A stretch of 64,000 nucleotides of DNA from Squalus acanthias (taxonomy: Eukaryota): NCBI GenBank assembly GCA_030390025.1, contig CM059432.1, positions 27,592,001 to 27,656,000 of the forward strand, given 5' to 3'. Below, in pieces: positions 9,517 through 20,599 of the stretch. The position numbers and the translations under genes were made by a program. The notes below the pieces were generated by a model, which was given only the letters and a program-made list of their open reading frames with translations, was not told where the DNA came from and did not search any database. Numbering within the stretch: position 1 is the stretch's first letter; every line of letters begins with the position of its first letter.

Positions 9517-11271
9517 GGCCGAAATTTTGCTGGCACTCAGCGGACGGGGTGGGTGGCAGGTCAGCTGTTAAATTTAAACTGATTGTCAGCGGGTCAGGAA
9601 CCCGCTGTCAAAAAAGCACACTGGACTTTCCTGATGTCGGGTCTGCCAACGCTGAGCAGACCTGACAGGCAGCGGCGGGGAAGGCAATTAAAATCATTAT
9701 TGGCTTTTTTACAGCCACTTATCAATGGGTTTTTTTCCAGCTTTTTGGATTTGACAGGTTGCCCACCGATTTCCCAGCTGTGCCTAGACCTCGTCTGTGA
9801 AGCTGAGGTGGGAGGTCAGTGGCCATTGAATCAGCTGATGAATTGACAGCTTCAAATGTCAAGTCAAAGCTCCCAGCTGATTGAGATATGTTTCCTTAAC
9901 CACTAGATTCTCTAAACTGCATTTCCACTACTGATTCAGGATGCTGCAAGTCTTTACACAAGTCTCCATCCAGTCTGACCTCAATTCCTCTCCCACCATT
10001 GACAGATCACTTCTGCCATCTATTCCATCAGCATGGGTGCCCTTGAAACTCTCTCACCTTGGTCCTCAGAATCCCACCATGATCAGCCCCAACACCAGCA
10101 TCATCAGGCACACCAGCAGCACCAACAACAACACCAAACTTCTCCGCAATCAACTGATGCTACACAGGACAGAGGGCATTAGCACCCGACCACATTGCTG
10201 CCCAGGATGCCAGGGATGGCCTCACCATAGCCACATTTACTTCACTTGACGCTGTACACCCTGGCTGCCACATGATTCACCTGGTTGGCACCATCCCACA
10301 CCAACAACATAAAGCATCCCCACAATGCCCAAGCCATTCCTTTCACACTCATCAGCATTGTCGGGGGTTACCGTTATGTCTCACCATTCACTGCAACTCA
10401 CTAAGCCACTTCCAAAGGTGCACACAAATCTGTTCAAGAACACAAAGTGTTGAAAATAAAAATGTCAATGTTGGACAGCACATTAACAGAAACTTTACAT
10501 GAACATTGGCTAAAACACCCAAGTGCCTACCACTGTGTGTTGTTAGTTGGTATGATTGCACTAGGATGAGGGTGAGTGTGAGGGGTGACTGGTGAGATGG
10601 GGAAGTGATAATGTAGATAGAGAGGGATGGGTGGAGGTGCAAGGTAAATTGGTGTGAGTAAGGATGTGAAGGAGTAGGGTAGGGAAGGCAGAGTGATGGG
10701 GATGTGATGATAGGCACAGCAGGATGAGGTTGAGTGTGGCTTTGTACTAACGTTTCGTGATCTAATGAGATCATTGAAACGTTTGCGGCACTGCACCCAA
10801 GTCCTCCTGACTACATCCCTGCTTGTGCCCTCCTCTGCAATGTGCAATCAGGCTGTGTTGATCTCCTGGGGAGGTCTCTTCCATCCATGGGAAGGGAAGA
10901 GAACCTCCCTGTGTGCTGTGACTCCCTCCATAAGCATATAGAGGGAGTAATGGGAGAGCCTGGGTGCAGCCCTGCACCTCTGTGTAGTGCTTGTCAGTGT
11001 TTGCAGCACCTCAATGCTGTAGAACACTGACAGCACAAATGTCAAAATAAAGTTGGCCATGGTCCCTTTAAGGAAACCGGCTGATGAAGAGTCATCAAAG
11101 GTCATCACCAGACCTGTTTCCTCTAATTGGCCGGGAAACGCGCTGGGCGGGCTTAGCGAGCCCCATATGGGGAAATTCATTTCAGAGGCTGGGACGGAGA
11201 CAGCAGCGGGGTTGGGACCCGCCACCGACGTCGCCCGCCATGGACCCGCCGAGCTTTGTAAAATCGCAGCC
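9517..11271. mobile_element. Non-autonomous Harbinger element carrying a Myb/SANT exon
   Basis: Imperfect 14-bp TIRs (ggccgaaattttgc / gtaaaatcgcagcc) and a TTT duplication. Removing the element restores the CR1 sequence cagactctttgtgtcctcc. Confidence 0.85.
10752..10973 (-). pseudogene. Harbinger Myb/SANT-like DNA-binding domain with one in-frame stop
   Basis: RAAPRLS...LMEGV...EVLFP...NTA*LHIAEEG...RRTWVQCRKRFNDLIRS, ending at a gttagt donor-like site. Confidence 0.85.
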
Positions 11272-11409
11272 TTTGTGTCCTCCTCACAGCTTCCTTTCCC
11301 ACCTAGCTTTCCTATGTTCAAGGTGCTATATAAATGCAAATTTTTTTTTGTGCATGTCAATAAACTTCTTCTGGATCTCCTCCATGGAATGGAAAGCCAG
11401 GGACAAAAC

Positions 11410-11668
11410 ATTGAAATAAAAACAGAAAATGCTGGAAATACTTTGCAGGTCAGGCAGCATCATGCGGAGAGAGAAACAAAGTTAAGATCGATTACCTTTC
11501 ATCAGGACTGAAAAAAGTTAGAGATGTAACAGGTTTTAAGCAACTACAGAGGCAGGGAAAGGAAGGGGGGGGTCAGGGGGGAAGTGGTGGAAAGAACAAA
11601 AGAGAAGGTCTGTGATAGGGTGGAACTTGAGCTTCAGATTTCCAGCATCTGCAGTATTTTGCTTTTGA
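11410..11668 (-). mobile_element. Penelope-like family B 3' fragment with inverted tail; hammerhead partly deleted
   Basis: Matches 28219-28420. The segment 11632-11668 is the tail seen at about 6446-6480, in the opposite orientation to the body. Confidence 0.75.
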
Positions 11669-12154
11669 CTAAACATCGACCCTGTTTGTAGCTTCAGTGG
11701 TACCTGTTTATGCTGTTAACTCCCACTGATCCAAAAAAGAGCCTTGTTCCTTTCCAGCACTGCAACTACAAGTTCAGTCAAGGACATGTCTGAGAAGTGA
11801 GCTTTCATATTTTCAGCTGAAACCTGAGCCCTGGAGTTACAACCTCGATTGTGTTGCAGCGGACGATATTTTAACTAGTTAACAGATTGTTCAGCACCTT
11901 AATAAGTGTGAAACTGTTGAACTTGGTCAAAATTATGACATCAGCCTGAATGACAAAGTGGTGCGAGATTTCGCCAATCAGAAAACGCCTGAGACTTCAC
12001 ATCTTAAGTGGTATTTTACCCCAAAAAATAGGTTTACTAAATTTAAAAAGAACCAAAATAGAAAAATGTACACATTGATAAACAGTTTTATTATTCAGCA
12101 TCTGTAACCATGGGAGCAAATCTTGTAATGGAGTTGTAAATTCCATATTTTGTA

Positions 12155-13207
12155 ATAGATAAATGGGTCATTTTCAGGTTGGCAAACTGTAACTAGTGGG
12201 GTGCTGCAGGGATCAGTGCTGGGGCCTCAACTATTTACAATCTATATTCATGACTTGGATGAAGGGACTGAGTGTAATGTAGCCAAATTTGCTGATGATA
12301 CAAAGATAAGTGGGAAAGCAAATTGTGCAGAGGACGCAAAGAATCTCCAAAGTGATACAGATAGGCTAAGTGAGTGGGCAAAAATCTGGCAGATGGAGTT
12401 TAATGTGGGAAAATGCGAGGTTATCCACTTTGGTAAGAAAAATAAAAAAGCAAATTACTATTTAAATGGAGAGAGATTACAAAATGCTGAGGTACAGAGG
12501 GATCTGGGGGTCCTTGTACATGAATCACAAAAAGTTAGCATATAGGTACAACAAGTAATTAGGAAGGCAAATGGAATGTTGGCATTTATTGCAAAGGGAA
12601 TGGTGTATAAAAGTAGGGAAGACCTGTTACAACTGTACAGGGCGTTGGTGAGACCACACCTGGAGTACTGCGTACAGTTCGGTCTCCTTATTTAAGGAAG
12701 GATATACTTGCATTGGAGGCAGTTCAGAGAAGGTTCACGAGGTTGATTCCAGAGATGAAGGTGTTGTCTTATGAAGAAAGGTTGAGCAGGTTGGGCCTAT
12801 ACTCATTGGAGTTTAGAAGAATGAGAGGGGATCTTATTGAAACATATAAGATTCTGAAGGGGCTTGACAGGGTAGATGCAGAGAGGATGTTTCCCCTTAT
12901 GGGGGAATCTAGAACTAGGGGGCATAATTTCAGAATAAGGGGGCACCCTTTTAAATCGGAAATGAGGAGGAATTTCTTCTCTCAGAGGGTTGTGAATCTT
13001 TGGAATTCTCTTCCCCAGAGAGCTGTGGAGGCTGGGTCATTGAATATATTTAAGGTGGAGATAGAGAGATTTTTGAAAGGTAAGGGAGTCAACGGGTTAT
13101 GGGGAGCGGGCAGGGAAGTGGAGTTGAGGCCAAGATCAGATCAGCCATGATCGAGGGGCCAAATGACCTGCTCCTACGTCTTATGTTCTTATGTCTTATG
13201 TTCTTAT
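12155..13207 (+). mobile_element. CR1 LINE, 5'-truncated (RT C-terminal half)
   Basis: QGSVLGP, KFADDTK, MRGDLIETYKIL, RVVNLWNSLP; ttcttatg tail. Confidence 0.93.
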
Positions 13208-14407
13208 TCGCTCCATGTTTTGTGATAGATCTGCTCCATGTTTTGTGTTAGATCTGCTCCAAGTATGATGAAGAATCCACTCCATATTTTGTGACTGACA
13301 GCAAGCTCAGTTTAATCACAAGGGGGAAGATGCAGAGTAACAAGTCATACACACCAGATGTTGAGAGCTGGAGTCAAAGTTCCAGTGTCAAGCACAGGAT
13401 GTTGTCAGCCAACAAATCTGTTCTTTGAAGAACTGGAAGGGTTTGCTAGTGTACAGGATGAAAAGTCCAAATACAGCTTGAGCTGCAATGAGCGACTGAA
13501 AAAAACAAGTCTCCTCACTTCTCTAAATTACATTGTCTGACAGTTAGGGAGGGAAACTCCCAAAAACAACTCAAAACCATGTCAAGAAAACTTACCTGTA
13601 ACCCTTTACTATCTTAAATCTAAGACAAAAGTTCACTAACATTTCAAATACAAAGTGGATCTGCTTTTCTCCTCCCCCCCCCTCCCCCCCCCCCCCTGCC
13701 CCATCTCTTCTGAAGGTGTTGACTCTTGCTGGGGTATATCTGTAGTGCTAGCTGAGATCGGTCCAGATATTTTTCTCTTTGCGACCAATACAAAAGTTCA
13801 TTTCTGTAGGCAAGCCCTCGCTTCCTACGAACCACAGCATGACCTTATACGCAAAGTATTCTGACAGACCACAGGGTGAACAATGAATCCTTTTCATCAT
13901 TTGGCTAAGCACCGGAAATGGTGCAGGATCCCAGCATACACTCCAGAGCCTGGGTCTCCTGCTCGCTCGTAATGCTGGTGGTAGCGCCGTGGGATGGGAC
14001 TTCCATCTGCTGCAAGGACACGCCCCCGCACCACAGCTGAGTTTCTAAGTTTTCGGGCATTTAAATTGCTTCGGAGGGCCCCCGGCCTTTGCCGGTCAGC
14101 CTGCCAGGGAACGGCCAGGGAATGGCTGCAGCAGGCCACGGAGGTTTGCGGCAAAGTAGCATTGGCCAGCTGCCTTCGGGCGAGCAGAAGAGTTGCAAAT
14201 TTATTTTCTTAATTTTCAAATTACAGGGCTGGGCAGTTCAATCGATCACCTCTGCCCTCCCAGCCATAGCAACGATCGAAGCCGGGGTACAGAAGCATCC
14301 TTTTGCGTTTGGCGTTACTAGCAGGCTACGGTAACGTAGTGGTAGTCAAGAAAGAAAGACTTACATTTATATGGCACCTTTCACAACCTCAGGACATCCT
14401 CAAGACA

Positions 14408-15134
14408 TAAATGTGAGGTATTACGTTTTGGTAAGAAAAATAAGGAGGTCACATATTACTTGGAAAATAAGAATCTAAATTGGGTAGAAGAGCAAAGGAA
14501 TCTCAGAGTACCAATACACAAATCACTAAAAGTAGGCCATAAAAAAGCAAACTAAGCACTCGGGTTTATTTCTAGTGGAATAGAATTGAAAAGTAGAGAA
14601 GTTATGCTAAACTTGTATTGAACCTTGCTTAGACCACCTTTGGAGTACTGTGTAGAATTCTGGTCGCCATATTATAAAAAGGATATAGAGGCACTGGAAA
14701 GGGTGCAAAAAAGATTTACAAGGATGTTACCAGAAATGCGAGGTTATACCTATCAGGAAAGGATGAACAGGCTGGGTCTATTTTCTGTTGAAAAGAAAAG
14801 GCCTAATAGAGGTCTTTAAAATTATGAAAGGTTTTGATAGAGTAGACACAGAGAGTATTTTCACTTGTGGGGAAGAGCATAACTAGAGGCCATCAATATA
14901 AGATAGTCACCAAGAAATCAATCGGGAATTCAGAAGAAACTTCTTTACCCAGAGAGTGGTGAGAATGTGGAACTCGCTACCACAGGGAGTGGTTGAGGCG
15001 AATAGTATAGATGCATTTAAAGGAAGGCTAGACAAGCATATGAGGGAGAAGGGAATAGAGGGTTTTGCTGATAGAGTTAGATGAGGAAAGACGGGAGGAG
15101 GCTCGAGTGGAGCATAAATGCCGGCATGGACTGG
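14408..15134 (+). mobile_element. CR1 LINE fragment
   Basis: RPPLEYCVEFWSPYYKKDIEALERVQKRFTRM. Confidence 0.88.
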
Positions 15135-15222
15135 TGACCAGATAATCTGTTTTTTGGTGATGTTGTTTGAAGGATAACCATTGGTTAGGACACTAGCGAG
15201 AACACCCCTGCTCTTCTTCGAA

Positions 15223-15585
15223 ATAGTGGTCATGATGCGGAGATGCCGGTGTTGGACTTGACATCATTGTCTGTCCTTCCAGTTTAAAATTTTTTTTTTT
15301 AAATAAAAAAGTTAAAAGCTTAACTGCAGACGGCAGCATTTGACATGTTGGACCCCCTGTGACCCACCTCATTGTCTTAGCTGTACTCTGATGTGTCTTT
15401 GATGTAATACCTCCCTGACGGATTATATCTTTGCAGACACATTGTTCTCTGTTTATATATATTGTGTAATCGATTTGTATTCCCTCACTGTACCTGTACC
15501 TGAAGAAGGAGCAGAGCTCCGAAAGCTCGTAATTTCAAATAAAACTGTTGGACTATAACCTGGTGTTGTGCGACTTCTCATTTTT
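15223..15585 (+). mobile_element. Short Penelope-like family A-related insertion (inverted tail + terminal repeat)
   Basis: 15223-15258 is the reverse complement of about 53710-53745. The rest aligns with 53350-53700. Flanks are ttcttcgaaatag / ttctttgaaatag. Confidence 0.85.
15497..15531 (+). ncRNA. Minimal type I hammerhead ribozyme (family A variant)
   Basis: tac-CTGAAGA-a-ggagc(aga)gctcc-GAAA-gc-tc-gta. Confidence 0.85.
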
Positions 15586-16564
15586 CTTTGAAATAGCGCC
15601 ATGGGATCTTTTATGCCCACCTGAGATGTCAATGGGGCCTCAGTTTAACATCTCATCTGAAAGGCAGCACCTCTGACAGTACAGCTGTCCCTCAGTACTA
15701 CACTGGCATGTGAGCCCAGATTTTATGCTCAAGCCTCTGGCGTGGGACTTGAACCCACAATCTTCTGACTCAGAGCCACAGCTAACATCTAGTAATAGCA
15801 TAGTAGTAGCGTCTTGGATATTTTACTATGTTAAGTTGTTGTCATGTTACTGGAATAGTAATCCAGATGCCTGGACTAATAATCCAGAGAACGTGAGTTC
15901 ATGGCACGTTGAGAAATCTAACTCAGTTTAAAACATTTGCTATCAGTAAAAGTGACCATGAAGCTGTTGGATTGTCATTAAAAACCCAACTGGTTCACTA
16001 ATGTCCTTTATGGAAGGAAACCTGCCACTCTTACCCGGTCTGGCCTATATGTGACTACAGTCTCACACCAATGTAGTTGACTCTTAACTGCCCCCTGAAG
16101 TGCACCCGCTCAGTTGTATCAATCTGCCACCTACGGGCCCACCACCACCTTCTCAGGGCAACCAGGGATGGGCAATAAATGCTGGCTTTGCCAGTGAAGC
16201 CCACATACCAAGAATTGATTTTTAGAAAGCACAAAGGACAAGAAATACATCATATGTCACATTTCTGTCATTTGTACCTAATTATAGTATGTTCACCCAT
16301 ATTTGGGTGAATGTATTATAGGCCCAGCAGACAATGCTGGAAGTGTTGAGGGTGAATGGGGAGCCAGTGGGACAGCTCCCAAAGAATTTCCCAACGTATG
16401 CCATTGAGAATCAGTGCAACTCAAGCAGAAAATCCAGGCCCTGATGCCTGCAAATACCACACTAACAGATCATAAAACTATGGATCAATCAATTAGATTA
16501 ACAGAAGCAAGGTCAAAGCAAATAGCAAATTTTAGCTCGATTACAATACCTTACATAACTCTTA

Positions 16565-17404
16565 GGGCTGGATTTTGAAGTTGGAGTCGTGTTGGGGTCG
16601 GGAATCACACATTCTGGCTTGTGAACCCGCCTCCATCGAGATGTGGCCAACCCACTGTATTTTCCCGTGATTGACCTTGTTGAGCCCGCCCAGTGGACTC
16701 AGCAGGCCAATTAAGGGCCACCCGGCAACAGGTGACGTCACAGACTGACATTTCATCTGTCAAGAGCTTTTGACAGATGAAATATCAGCGTTTGACAGCT
16801 CTGTGAAGCTGTCAAACACTCACAATATGATTTCTAACTTCAGTCCTTCCTTTCAGGCTGAGTTAGAAATCATTCCACCACAGAAAACAGAAGGCTGCTG
16901 TTTTTGACAGGTCCACAGCTTTCCTGCTTTCTGTGCCGGTGAGATTTCTAACTCCCAAGAACTGAAGGGCTGACACCTGCAGGAGGAAGTTAAGGTAAGT
17001 AAAACTTTTTCCAACACTTAGCACTTACCTTACACACTTACCTCTGCACACATGCACCCATCACTCACCTGCCCACCGGAGATATCGACCCCTCCAACCC
17101 CTGCAGACCCACGGCCCGGCCCAATAACTTGGAGTGTTTGCCACCTGTCAGGAAGCCCACACTTTTGTTTTTAAAATAGGGATTATGCAAAAAAACTGCC
17201 TGTTAACTACCTGTTAATTGTCACTAATCCCTTCCCACCTCGGGGAGTCGGGTCTCAGACCAGGTCGGGTACCCGCCACCAGAGAAACTGGCATGGAGGC
17301 GGGTTGGAGTCGGGATGGGGTCGGGACCCCCGAATCTGCAACTTTAACCCCCCCCCCCCCCGCGACTCCAAACCCGACTCCACAGGTCATTCAAAATCCA
17401 GCCC
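16565..17404 (+). mobile_element. MITE with perfect 15-bp TIRs and internal hairpins, copy 1
   Basis: gggctggattttgaa / ttcaaaatccagccc, flanked by TA. A near-identical copy starts at 18501. Confidence 0.88.
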
Positions 17405-17544
17405 TATGTGTCTCTTTCAAAAGTCAAGGAGCCTTTCTGCACTACTTTAAACAAAGTGGGCCACCTATGTGAGAAATTAACATCACAAAGTCCTCCCTAA
17501 ACCTTTGCCTGTATACTGATAAAGCAAGAACGGAACTAAGAAAC

Positions 17545-18346
17545 ATGGGAAAAATTCGGTATCGCCCATTTTGGGGCGCTAATATCGGCCGGGCGCAAAG
17601 TTTAGCGCCAGGTGCTAATTATCGCCTCCGACTGCAAAATTCGTCTCTATTGTCCCTGGAGGTGATTTGAGCGCTAAATCAGGCGCTACACACCTCTCAA
17701 GGCGCAAACATCAGGGAGCGAGGCGCTACCTCAGAACGCTACCAAAGCTCAGGCGATGCCAATTACCATGGAAGCCAGACAGACTGGCGCCATCCAGTTC
17801 TTAAAGGGGAGGGGCCATCTTGCTGGCCAGCCACTCCCTGCTCATTGCAGCCTTGAATCACGGCCTGGAGAGACCACAAAAGCAATTGTGTTGGAAGCAC
17901 TAATGGACAGGCCCAGGTAAAGAGCTCGGCGCTTAGGAACCTCAAAAGTGGTGCTGAGGGCCAAAACTCCTTAGGACAGCGTTAAAACCAAAAATTTTGC
18001 CGACAAGAAAAGGCAGGAAGTGCCCGCTTTTAAATAGCACTCCCCCAGCCCCTTCCCGACTGCAAAACGTTCCCCTCTACCTGTCGTTCCTAGCGGCAGG
18101 CGCTAAGGCAGGGGGCGCAACTCAATATCCGGTCCGGGGCACTACCGGGGCATTGCACGCTTGACTGACGTCACGATCTGCAGGCGCAGAAGATCATGGC
18201 GGCTGTGTTTAGTGCCGCCGCAAAACGACTGGTCAATTTCGCGAGCGGCACTAAAATCGCCGCGGTCGGGCACTAAGTTCCTAGCGCCCCGTTAGCGCCC
18301 CATAGAGGCACTAACGGGAGGCGCTAACCAACCGAATTTTTCCCCC
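17545..18346 (+). mobile_element. CpG-rich Harbinger-type MITE (subfamily B)
   Basis: gggaaaaattcggt / accgaatttttccccc; collinear with 26945-27841. Confidence 0.85.
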
Positions 18347-18500
18347 TTAAGTTACCCGCCCCAATTATATGATTTTCTTCCCATTGATCCAGACTGGTAC
18401 AAAAGGAAGCTCCACATATTTCCTTCACAATAAATCAAAGCTGATCCTCTGAAAAATGCCTCTTGCAGTGACACACCCCTCACAGGTATAAAGACGGACC

Positions 18501-19311
18501 GGGCTGGATTTTGAATTTGGGGTCGGGAATCACACATTCTGGCTTGTGAACCCGCCTCCATCGAGATGTGGCCAACCCACTGTATTTTCCCTCGATTGAC
18601 CTTGTTGAGCCCGCCCAGTGGGCTCAGCAGGCCAATTAAGGGCCGCCCGGCAACAGATGATGTCACAGACTGACATTTCATCTGTCAAAAGCTTTTGACA
18701 GATGAAATATCAGCATTTGACAGCTCTGTGAAGCTGTCAAACACTCACAATATGATTTCTAACTTCAGTCCTTCCTTTCAGGCTGAGTTAGAAATCATTC
18801 CAGCACAGAAAACAGAAGGCTGCAGGTTTTGACAGAACCACGGCTTTCCTGCTTTCTGTGCCGGTGAGATTTCTAACTCCTGAGAACTGAAGGGCTGACA
18901 CCTGCAGGAGGAAGTTAAGGTAAGTAAAACTTTTTCCAACACTTAGCACTTACCTTACACACTTACCTCTGCACACATGCACCCATCACTCACCTTCCCA
19001 CCAGACATATCGACCCCTCCAACCCCTGCAGACCGACACCCACCCCGATAACTTGGCGTGGTTGCCACCTGTCGGGAAGCCCACACTTTTCTTTTTAAAA
19101 TAGGGATTATGCAAAAAACTGCCTGTTAATTGTCACTAATCCCTTCCCGCCTCGGGGAGTCGGGTCTCAGAACAGGTCGGGTACCCGCCGCCAGAGAAAC
19201 TGGCATGGAGGCGGGTTGGAGTCAGGATGGGGTCGGGACCCCCGAATCTGCAACTTTAACCCCCCCCCCCCCCCCGCCTCCAAACCCGACTCCACGGGTC
19301 ATCCACAAAAT
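18501..19311 (+). mobile_element. MITE copy 2 (same family as 16565-17404), right TIR damaged
   Basis: Collinear along its whole length with copy 1. Confidence 0.85.
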
Positions 19312-19417
19312 GCTGTGGGCCATCAACAGCAGCAGAATTGTGTACCACCACAATCTGTAACGTCATGGTCCGGCACATCTCTCACTCCTCCTTCACCATC
19401 AACCTGGGAAGCCAAAA

Positions 19418-20595
19418 TATAAACAGAAAACGCTGGAAACACTCATCAGATCAGTCAGTATCTGTGGAGAGAACAAACAAGTTAACCTGTCAGGTGTAGA
19501 CCTTTCATCAGAAATTACAGATGAACAGCATTTAAAAAGGAACAGAACAAGGGAAGAGGGAGAGGGAACACATACGTGCACACTCATGAGAGATGGTGAT
19601 GACGATGGAGGAGTCTAGGATGCGACAGGTTAAACTGAAAATAAGAGACTGTTAAATGGTTGAAGTGATAGTAACATGAGACAATAGGAAGCATAATGAG
19701 AGAAATTAAAGACGTTTATGAGACATAGAGAACGTGTGAATAGATTAGACAGTGGGGGCGGATGAAGCACCTAGAAGTGGAAGCAGGAAAAAACTGGCAG
19801 CACACTCTAGCACCCCACACCGACAACATTTCCCGCTGAACAGAAATTAAGGTCTGCCAGAAGGATGCAAAGTGTTTAGTAGAAAGATAAGGCTCTGTTC
19901 CTTGAGCTTGTGTTGAGCTTCATTGAAACTACGTAGAAGGCCAAATACAGAGATGTCAGAACGGGAGTGGAATGGAGAATCGAAGTGGCAAGCGACAGGG
20001 AGCTCAGATCGCATTTGCAGACAGAACGGAGGTGTTTGAGATAGCGCTCACCTAATCAGCGCTTAGTCTCCTCAATGTAGTGGAGTCGCACTGTGATCAG
20101 CGAGTACAGTATACTAGGTTGGAGGAAGTACACATAATTTGTTGTCTCACTCGGAAGGCGTGTTTGATGCCTGGTCAGTGGTGTGGGAGGGGGGTGAATG
20201 GACAGATGTTGCATCTCCTGTGCTTGTGCAGGAAGGTACCAGGGGAAGGAGAGCAGGTGGCAGGGGTGGTGGAACAATGAAGCAGGGTGTCGCAGAAGGA
20301 ACAGTCCCTTTGGGGAGAGGAAGATGTGATTTTGTGGTAGGATCATGGCAGAAGTGCCAGAAGATGATCTGTTCAATGTGGAGGCTGATGGGGTGGAATA
20401 TGCGCACAAGTGGGACCCTATCACAGTCTAAGAGGGGGGAGAGGAGTGAGGGCAGAAGGGTCCTGTTTACCACAGTTGAGGGGAAATCTCAGCTGAGGAA
20501 AATGGAGCACATTTTGGAAGCTTATGTGGAAGGTGGCATGATTAGAGACAATGACATGGAGACAGAGAAACTGGTAGTAGGGTGGGAGGAAGTAT
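19418..20595 (-). mobile_element. Old Penelope-like family B fragment
   Basis: Encodes RVPLVRIFHPISLHIEQII and YIEETKR. The hammerhead core is degenerate (GACA in place of GAAA) at about 19480-19515. Confidence 0.75.
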
Positions 20596-20599
20596 AATC

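Larger units (their letters stand above)
15135..15788 (-). mobile_element. tRNA-derived SINE interrupted by a Penelope-like fragment
   Basis: Reverse complement of 24566-25044, split at cttcgaaatag. Confidence 0.8.

Noticed and set aside
11740..11990. Possible hAT transposase C-terminal remnant (DKVVRDFANQK)
   Set aside because: Only one short motif is convincing and the upstream motifs need several frameshifts; a profile search is required.
13209..13295. Short direct repeats as a CRISPR-like array
   Set aside because: A simple 23-bp minisatellite with no unique spacers, in a eukaryotic context with no cas genes.
19478..19515. Additional functional hammerheads at about 19480 and 11480
   Set aside because: The catalytic GAAA is mutated or deleted.
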